From Methanobacteriota archaeon (GTDB lineage: Archaea > Thermoplasmatota > Thermoplasmata > SG8-5 > JAGLSY01), in assembly GCA_020696385.1 (NCBI GenBank), contig JAEHCQ010000004.1:128001-192000 (forward strand): DNA of 64,000 bases, in the 5' to 3' direction. Positions within the stretch are counted from its first letter, which is position 1; each line of letters opens with the position of its first letter. Positions 57,873 to 64,000 of the stretch are shown one piece after another. The translations under genes and the position numbers were made by a program. The notes under the pieces were generated by a model, which searched no databases, was not told where the DNA came from, and was given only the letters and a program-made list of their open reading frames with translations.

Positions 57873-59272
57873 GCGAAGAATACCAGCCACCAGATGGTTA
57901 CAGAGGCCCGCTCCTCCAACGCCTGGTAGAAGCCAAGATACGCACATGGTCAGTCATCCAGGTGAATAAAACGGACGGATCACATTACGAAGGTGTGCTT
58001 CTGCCACGTTCCATCCACACATCTGATGATTATCTTTCTATAAAGGTGGATACTGGCTACAATATCGGTATCCAGCTTCCCGACGATGCCACGATAAAAG
58101 AGGTCGGGTACAATGCGGGCTCTTATCAAATTCCAGAGAAGATCGTGGAGAAAACACCCGGGCTTCCGAATGTCACGCTCCTGGGCACAGGTGGGACAGT
58201 GGCCAGTCGTCTTGATTATAGAACCGGAGCCGTACTACCGGCATTCACTCCATCCGAGCTTTTCTCCGCAGTCCCAGAGCTTATCGACATCTGCAATTTA
58301 ACTCCAAAGACCCTTTACCAGATCCTTTCCGAGAACTTCTGCCCCGAATACTGGATAAAAACAGCCGAAGCGGTCGCCAAGGAGATCGAGGGCGGAGCGG
58401 ATGGTGTGATAATCGGTCATGGCACCGACACAATGAGCTATTCTGGCTCGGCACTTTCATACATGTTCCAGGACCTTCCAGTTCCAGTGGTCATCGTGGG
58501 CTCTCAGAGAAGCAGTGATCGACCATCCAGTGACGGACCCATCAATATGATGAACGCCACCACATTGGCCGCCTATGGCGACTTGGCAGAAGTGGTCGTC
58601 GTCATGCACGGAACCACGAGCGACAATTACGATCTTATCCACCGTGCCACCAGGGTGCGCAAGATGCACAGTGCGCGGAGAGATACTTTCCGCACTGTGA
58701 GTGATACTCCATTGGGTCAGATCAAGGATAAGGAGATCAAATACTTCAAGGATGATATCAGACGCCGCAGTCCAAAAGAGGACTTCCATCTGAATACCAA
58801 GATGGACGAGCGCGTCACAATGCTCTACTTCTACCCAGGCATGGAGCCAGATGTCATGCACGCGGTTCTGGACAAGGGCTATCATGGCATTGTCATGATC
58901 GGTACTGGCCTTGGGCATGTTGGCAAGCCCATGTATGAAGCATTGGACAGAGCGCAGGAAGAAGAAATTCCCGTGGTCATCGTCGTCCAGCCAATGTTTG
59001 GATTCTCACATCTCAGAGTTTACGAAACAGGTCGTGACATGCTGGCCAGAGGCGTGATAGAGGGCAAGAACATGCTTCCCGAGGCAGCACTTCCAAAACT
59101 CATGTGGGCACTTGGCCAGACACAGGATGTGAAAGAAGTGGAAAAGATCATGCACACCAATCTGGCCGGCGAGATCACCAATCGGGAACCATACTCCGGC
59201 TTCCCGATATTCCAGGGTGGTGTTCCGAACTTCTATGATAATTATAAGAATATCGATAGGCTGAAAAAGTAA
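57869..59272 (+). CDS. gatD: Glu-tRNA(Gln) amidotransferase subunit D
   Basis: N-terminal G.LLP..K.DTGYNIG domain; TGGTVASRLDY, HGTDTM, GSQRSSDRPSSD, RKMHS. Confidence 0.93.
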   Translation: MSEEYQPPDGYRGPLLQRLVEAKIRTWSVIQVNKTDGSHYEGVLLPRSIHTSDDYLSIKVDTGYNIGIQLPDDATIKEVGYNAGSYQIPEKIVEKTPGLPNVTLLGTGGTVASRLDYRTGAVLPAFTPSELFSAVPELIDICNLTPKTLYQILSENFCPEYWIKTAEAVAKEIEGGADGVIIGHGTDTMSYSGSALSYMFQDLPVPVVIVGSQRSSDRPSSDGPINMMNATTLAAYGDLAEVVVVMHGTTSDNYDLIHRATRVRKMHSARRDTFRTVSDTPLGQIKDKEIKYFKDDIRRRSPKEDFHLNTKMDERVTMLYFYPGMEPDVMHAVLDKGYHGIVMIGTGLGHVGKPMYEALDRAQEEEIPVVIVVQPMFGFSHLRVYETGRDMLARGVIEGKNMLPEAALPKLMWALGQTQDVKEVEKIMHTNLAGEITNREPYSGFPIFQGGVPNFYDNYKNIDRLKK

Positions 59273-59584
59273 GGCTATTCATTCAAGAAACTCATTTGTT
59301 ATATCGAATTAATTTGTTAGTCTGGTTATTTGTTAGTCTAGTTAGTCAGATACGATTTTAATAAGGCCTGATACCGATTGAAAATTTCAATTTATCATAT
59401 ATAATCATATACCCTAAATAGCTATAATAAAAGCAAACCTTGATAAAGGAGGTCTCATATCGGGAAGCGCGCATACCCGTGCGCATGATAGTCGCATAGG
59501 AATGTGTACAATTCGCGCATTGGCGCGCCTAATAGGTGCATATCTACGCGTCCATTACACAATAGAGAGAGAGGAGGATCATAA

Positions 59585-60655
59585 ATGATGGATCTCTATG
59601 AGCTCGTTGAAAGTATCGTCGTCATGTTAATTGGCTGGATCGACCAGTGGGTCCCAGATCAATTAGCCTTTCTGATATCACCCACCAGCATACATGCTTA
59701 CGTGGTATTGGGAATGGCCGCCGTGATACTGGTTATATGTCTTTTGAATGTCGTCGTAATGATATGGATAGAACGAAAGTTCATCGCCAGGCTGATGGAT
59801 CGCCGAGGTCCGACAGAAGTTGGTTTCATGGGTTTTCTTCAGAATGTGGCTGATGGTCTGAAGCTCTTTCTCAAAGAGGTCATCACGCCCCAGGGTGTCG
59901 ATCGCTGGGTCTATGTCATGGCCCTCGTGCTGTACATCGGTTCCTCCATCACCGTTTTGGCCCTTGTCCCAATGAGTGACAGGTTCTTCATGGCAAATGT
60001 CGAAGGCGGACTTTTCATGATCTTCGCCATATTCACTCTGGCTCCCTTTTTCATATTCATTGCTGGCTGGTCGCAGAATAACAAATACTCCCTGATCGGA
60101 GGAATGCGTTCAGCTGCCCAGATGATCAGCTACGAAATACCACTTATGCTATCCGTTATAGGTGTGATATTGATGGCTGGCTCCCTGAGCATATCCGAGA
60201 TAGTCAATGCCCAGAGCAGTATCTGGTTCATCATTCCTTCATTCATCGGATTCTTTGTCTTCATAATCGGTGTGTTGGCTGAAGTCGAAAGAATTCCTTT
60301 TGATCTTCCAGAGGCCGAGGCCGAGCTTGTAGAAGGCTGGACCACAGAATATGGTAGTATCAGATTCGGTCTGATTATGTTCGTCGCCTATCTTCGTGGC
60401 TATGTCGGTTGTGCACTGGCGGTCTTCCTCTTTTTCGGAGGTTGGCTCGGTGGTCCTTTCAGCGCCTACATGCCACCAGAGGCCTGGTTCTTGATCAAGG
60501 TGTACATCCTCTTCATGATCCTCGTCTGGCTTAGAGCATCAGCACCAAGGATAAGGATCGATCAGTTGATCCAGATCGGCTGGAAGAGGTTATTACCTTT
60601 GGCCATGCTCAATATAATGATCGCAGTATTCCTTTCAGCAATGGGGTGGATCTAA
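59585..60655 (+). CDS. nuoH: NADH-quinone oxidoreductase-like subunit H
   Basis: ERK..AR..DRRGP, ADGLKL..KE, NKYSLIGGMR..AQMISYE, PFDLPEAEAELV.G. Confidence 0.95.
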   Translation: MMDLYELVESIVVMLIGWIDQWVPDQLAFLISPTSIHAYVVLGMAAVILVICLLNVVVMIWIERKFIARLMDRRGPTEVGFMGFLQNVADGLKLFLKEVITPQGVDRWVYVMALVLYIGSSITVLALVPMSDRFFMANVEGGLFMIFAIFTLAPFFIFIAGWSQNNKYSLIGGMRSAAQMISYEIPLMLSVIGVILMAGSLSISEIVNAQSSIWFIIPSFIGFFVFIIGVLAEVERIPFDLPEAEAELVEGWTTEYGSIRFGLIMFVAYLRGYVGCALAVFLFFGGWLGGPFSAYMPPEAWFLIKVYILFMILVWLRASAPRIRIDQLIQIGWKRLLPLAMLNIMIAVFLSAMGWI

Positions 60656-61413
60656 TGACACAGGTAAGAATAAGAACATCATCTGACAGACCCGACACCA
60701 GGGATCCCGGATTTACCACTGGTGTATCTGGATTGATCAAGCTTGTTGTGAAACCAATGGGAGTTTCTATGAAGCAATTCTTGAAAAGCTTCAAGCGCCC
60801 AACCACCCTGATGTATCCGAAGGAAAAGCCAGATGCTCAGGTGGAACTGAAACCTGAGCACAGATTCGGTGTCGAGGGGTGCTGGGAATTCTTCAGAGGC
60901 TGTCATGGCCTGGATGAAGACCTGTGTGTGAGCTGCGGGCTCTGTGAAAGGATATGCCCCAATAATTGTATCACACTGGTCGAGTACGAGGGAAGGAAGC
61001 TTCCACAGGTGGATCAGAGCCGTTGTATGTTCTGCACCCTGTGTGTGGAGATCTGTCCGAAGGACGCACTCGGAATGACCCATGAATTTGATATTTCAGG
61101 ATTCACAAGGGAAGAGCTTCTATCAACCACTGCGGACCTAATCGCCAGGAAGGGCACAATGGCTAGACCGATCCTACCTGCGAAGATCATCGCATTTCCG
61201 GCCATAGACTTGGAAGGATGTATCGGTTGCGCGAAGTGCGCGAAGGAATGTCCACCAGGAGCCTTGGAGATGTATGAACCCGAGGGCCAGGTAGTGGCAG
61301 AGGGCAAGAAACCAAAGAAGAAACCAAGGCTCAACATAGCGATATGCGTTTCATGTGGTATTTGTGAATCGCAATGTCCAAAAGACGTTATAGAGATGAA
61401 GGAGGGAAATTGA
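60655..61413 (+). CDS. nuoI: NuoI-like subunit with four [4Fe-4S] motifs
   Basis: T..YP, FRG.H, four CxxCxxCxxxCP. Confidence 0.88.
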   Translation: MTQVRIRTSSDRPDTRDPGFTTGVSGLIKLVVKPMGVSMKQFLKSFKRPTTLMYPKEKPDAQVELKPEHRFGVEGCWEFFRGCHGLDEDLCVSCGLCERICPNNCITLVEYEGRKLPQVDQSRCMFCTLCVEICPKDALGMTHEFDISGFTREELLSTTADLIARKGTMARPILPAKIIAFPAIDLEGCIGCAKCAKECPPGALEMYEPEGQVVAEGKKPKKKPRLNIAICVSCGICESQCPKDVIEMKEGN

Positions 61414-61685
61414 TGATAGACTTCGAACAATTGGCATTCTTTTCGATAGCGGCCATGATCCTGGTCTCCGCGATCCAGGTTCTGAGATGTAATGAAATAA
61501 TACACAGTGTTATGTGGCTCGGACTGTCCTTCATAGGTATAGCGGGCATATTCATTCTTTTGAATGCTGAATATCTGGCAATAGTCCAGATACTCGTATA
61601 TGCCGGAGCTATAACAATTCTGATACTGTTTGCGGTCATGCTTACAAGGCGTGAGATCATGGAACAGAAGGGGGGAGGCAAATGA
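61413..61685 (+). CDS. nuoJ: NuoJ N-terminal half (split J)
   Basis: LNAEYLAIVQILVYAGAITILILFAVML. Confidence 0.9.
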   Translation: MIDFEQLAFFSIAAMILVSAIQVLRCNEIIHSVMWLGLSFIGIAGIFILLNAEYLAIVQILVYAGAITILILFAVMLTRREIMEQKGGGK

Positions 61686-61912
61686 GCTTCTCCAAATTTA
61701 TGAAGCCGACAGTGGCCATTCTGCTGATCCTCTTCATGCTGTTCATAATCTCCCAAGCTGACTTTGAAGATGATTCTGTTCAGGAATCCGGAATGAACGA
61801 TCTGGGCACTAGTCTGTTCGAGGACAATTACCTACCATTCGTACTTTTATCATTGGTATTGTTCGCGGCCATGATGGGCTCTGTTTTCATAGCAAAGGAG
61901 AGAGACGAATGA
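61682..61912 (+). CDS. NuoJ C-terminal half (split J)
   Basis: LG..LF..YLPF.LLSLVLFAAMMGSVFIA. Confidence 0.85.
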   Translation: MSFSKFMKPTVAILLILFMLFIISQADFEDDSVQESGMNDLGTSLFEDNYLPFVLLSLVLFAAMMGSVFIAKERDE

Positions 61913-62211
61913 TACCTCTTAATTATTATCTGGTACTTTCCGCAATGCTCTTTTGCATTGGGATCTACGGCGTATTGACAAAGAAGAATGCGATCTACGT
62001 GCTGATGTCCATCGAGATCATGTTGAATTCGGTGAATATCAATTTCGTCGCTTTCTCCGCGTACTCTGGAGATGTCACCGGGCAAGTATTCGCCCTATTC
62101 TCCATCGCTCTGGCAGCAGCCGAAGTGGCCATTGGATTGGCCATATTCCTGTTGCTCTACAAGAGGTATGGAACCGTGGAACTGAACAATATTAAATTAC
62201 TGAGGTGGTAA
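61909..62211 (+). CDS. nuoK: NADH-quinone oxidoreductase-like subunit K
   Basis: LFCIGIYG, MSIEIMLN, AAAEVAIGLA. Confidence 0.95.
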   Translation: MIPLNYYLVLSAMLFCIGIYGVLTKKNAIYVLMSIEIMLNSVNINFVAFSAYSGDVTGQVFALFSIALAAAEVAIGLAIFLLLYKRYGTVELNNIKLLRW

Positions 62212-62212
62212 A

Positions 62213-64000
62213 ATGACATGGGTAGAATTTTCTTACTTGATACCGATCATACCTTTCATCGCCTTCCTAATAGTGGCCTTCTTCGGAAATAAGATGAAGG
62301 AAGGTGGAGCACCGGTAACAATAGCGGCAGTGGCATCCACTTTCGTGCTATCTGTTCTGGTATTATTCGATGTATATCAGAATGGTTCTTATGAGACATC
62401 CATGAACTGGATAGGAGGAACTGGTCTGGAGGTTGGCATATTCATCGACAACCTAACAGCTCTAATGCTCATCGTGGTCACCTTTGTTTCCCTGATGGTA
62501 TCCATATACTCTCTGGGATACATGCATGATGACCCATGCAAGAGGCGTTATTATGCCGAGATAGCTCTTTTCGTGGGCTCCATGCTCGGTCTGATACTGG
62601 CTAACAATTTCCTGTTGATGTTCATCTTCTGGGAACTTGTGGGAGTTTGTTCATATCTCCTTATCGGATTCTGGTATCAGAAGCCGGCAGCGGCGAGTGC
62701 TGCCAAGAAAGCTTTCCTCGTTACCAGGATCGGAGATGTACTTTTCCTAACTGGCATAGCGATGTTGTATGTGAAGTTCGGAACATTGAACTTTGTTGAA
62801 TTGGAACATCTAATGGGGCACGATGTCCAGGGACTTCTGCTTCCAGCACTTCTGCTCTTTGCCGGAGCTGTTGGAAAGAGTGCGCAATTCCCATTGCATG
62901 TTTGGTTACCAAATGCGATGGAGGGTCCGACCACGGTCAGTGCCCTTATACATGCGGCCACGATGGTCAAGGCAGGAATTTATCTGGTTGCTAGATCGTA
63001 TTTCATCCTGGAGCATGTTCCTGATGCTTTCCTCATTATAGCTATAATCGGAGGTATAACAGCTCTCATGGCAGCGACAATGGCGCTTGTCCAGTACGAT
63101 ATTAAAGGCGTGCTGGCGTATTCGACCATAAGCCAGCTGGGTTACATGATGCTGGCTCTTGGAGCTGGAGCTCATGCCTTTGGTTATACCGCTGGTATGT
63201 TCCATCTGATGAACCATGCCTTCTTCAAGGCACTTCTCTTCTTGGCAGCTGGCAGTGTGATACACGCGGTCGGTTCCAATGATATGCGGAAAATGGGTGG
63301 CCTGCATAAGCACATGAAGATCACTTCGATAACCATGCTGATAGGCTCGCTTTCTATAGCGGGATTCCCATTTATGAGTGGTTTCTTCAGCAAGGACGAG
63401 GTACTTTCATCGGTCTGGCACGCGGCAGCTGATAACAATATCTACTATGTACTGTACGCGATGGGAGTGATAACAGCCTTCCTCACAGCCTTCTACATGT
63501 TCAGGCTCTGGTATATGACATTCTCTGGAGAGCAAAGGGACAAGAGCTATCACCCTCACGAGTCACCAAAGACAATGACGATACCATTGATGCTTCTGGC
63601 CATATTGGCCGCAGGAGCAGGTTTCTCCTTCTTCTTTGGATTCCAGGACTTCATTTACTTCGGGCACGCACCGCATGTCACTATCGTTCATATGTTCGAA
63701 ATGTGGCAGACCTGGCTATCAATTGCCGCTGGTCTGGGCGGTATCGGTCTCGCGACCTTGGTTTACTACAAGGGCTCGATATCACCAAGTGTCTTCACCG
63801 CAGGACCTGGCAGAAGAGCCGTACGTCACATGCTGGAAATGAAATATTGGATGGACGAGGTCTACATGGCCATAGCGGAGAAAGGTGTTTATGGCTTTTC
63901 TCTACTGATGGACAAGTTCGACAGAAAGGTCGTGGACGGTGCTATCAATGGTATATCCAGTGGTGGTATTGGTCTGGGTCACGCATCCAATGAATTTGAC
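62213..64000 (+). CDS. nuoL: NADH-quinone oxidoreductase-like subunit L (partial, runs off the window)
   Basis: Manual translation: YSLGYM, FWELVG.CSYLLIGFW, GKSAQFPLHVWLPNAMEGPT.VSALIHAATMV, AYSTISQLGYM, HAFFKALLFL. Confidence 0.95.
   Translation, partial: MTWVEFSYLIPIIPFIAFLIVAFFGNKMKEGGAPVTIAAVASTFVLSVLVLFDVYQNGSYETSMNWIGGTGLEVGIFIDNLTALMLIVVTFVSLMVSIYSLGYMHDDPCKRRYYAEIALFVGSMLGLILANNFLLMFIFWELVGVCSYLLIGFWYQKPAAASAAKKAFLVTRIGDVLFLTGIAMLYVKFGTLNFVELEHLMGHDVQGLLLPALLLFAGAVGKSAQFPLHVWLPNAMEGPTTVSALIHAATMVKAGIYLVARSYFILEHVPDAFLIIAIIGGITALMAATMALVQYDIKGVLAYSTISQLGYMMLALGAGAHAFGYTAGMFHLMNHAFFKALLFLAAGSVIHAVGSNDMRKMGGLHKHMKITSITMLIGSLSIAGFPFMSGFFSKDEVLSSVWHAAADNNIYYVLYAMGVITAFLTAFYMFRLWYMTFSGEQRDKSYHPHESPKTMTIPLMLLAILAAGAGFSFFFGFQDFIYFGHAPHVTIVHMFEMWQTWLSIAAGLGGIGLATLVYYKGSISPSVFTAGPGRRAVRHMLEMKYWMDEVYMAIAEKGVYGFSLLMDKFDRKVVDGAINGISSGGIGLGHASNEFD

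Noticed and set aside
59460-59560. GCGC-rich nuoH leader as a defined ncRNA
   Set aside because: Only short self-complementary words; no convincing unique fold by eye

Overview
Archaeal chromosomal window, most consistent with an anaerobic Thermoplasmata lineage (archaeal S13-S4-S11-RpoD, RFC large subunit, Taw1, archaeal-type SAM synthetase, heliorhodopsin, headless Nuo/Fpo-like operon). It carries about 55 protein genes. Two are very large surface proteins, one of them a >2600-aa ORF running off the left edge that the ORF track misses. There are three standard-type tRNAs (iMet, Thr-GGU, Arg-GCG) and one atypical tRNA-Gln-like gene. Gene clusters cover methionine/SAM/putative cobalamin uptake, Fe-S/NifX-type maturation, histidine utilisation and GDP-heptose synthesis. 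The most unusual signals: (1) a divergent gatE-gatD pair directly preceded by a complete but non-canonical tRNA(UUG) with A1:A72, C33 and C37, plus a structured leader; (2) several families of dispersed, structured intergenic repeats with conserved ends and variable internal hairpins, one of which is twice flanked by a duplicated, diverged copy of the host gene's 3' end; (3) a 44-nt D-loop intron in tRNA-Arg(GCG); (4) nested domain insertions in the giant surface protein. All calls come from manual reading and motif recall; no database searches were run.
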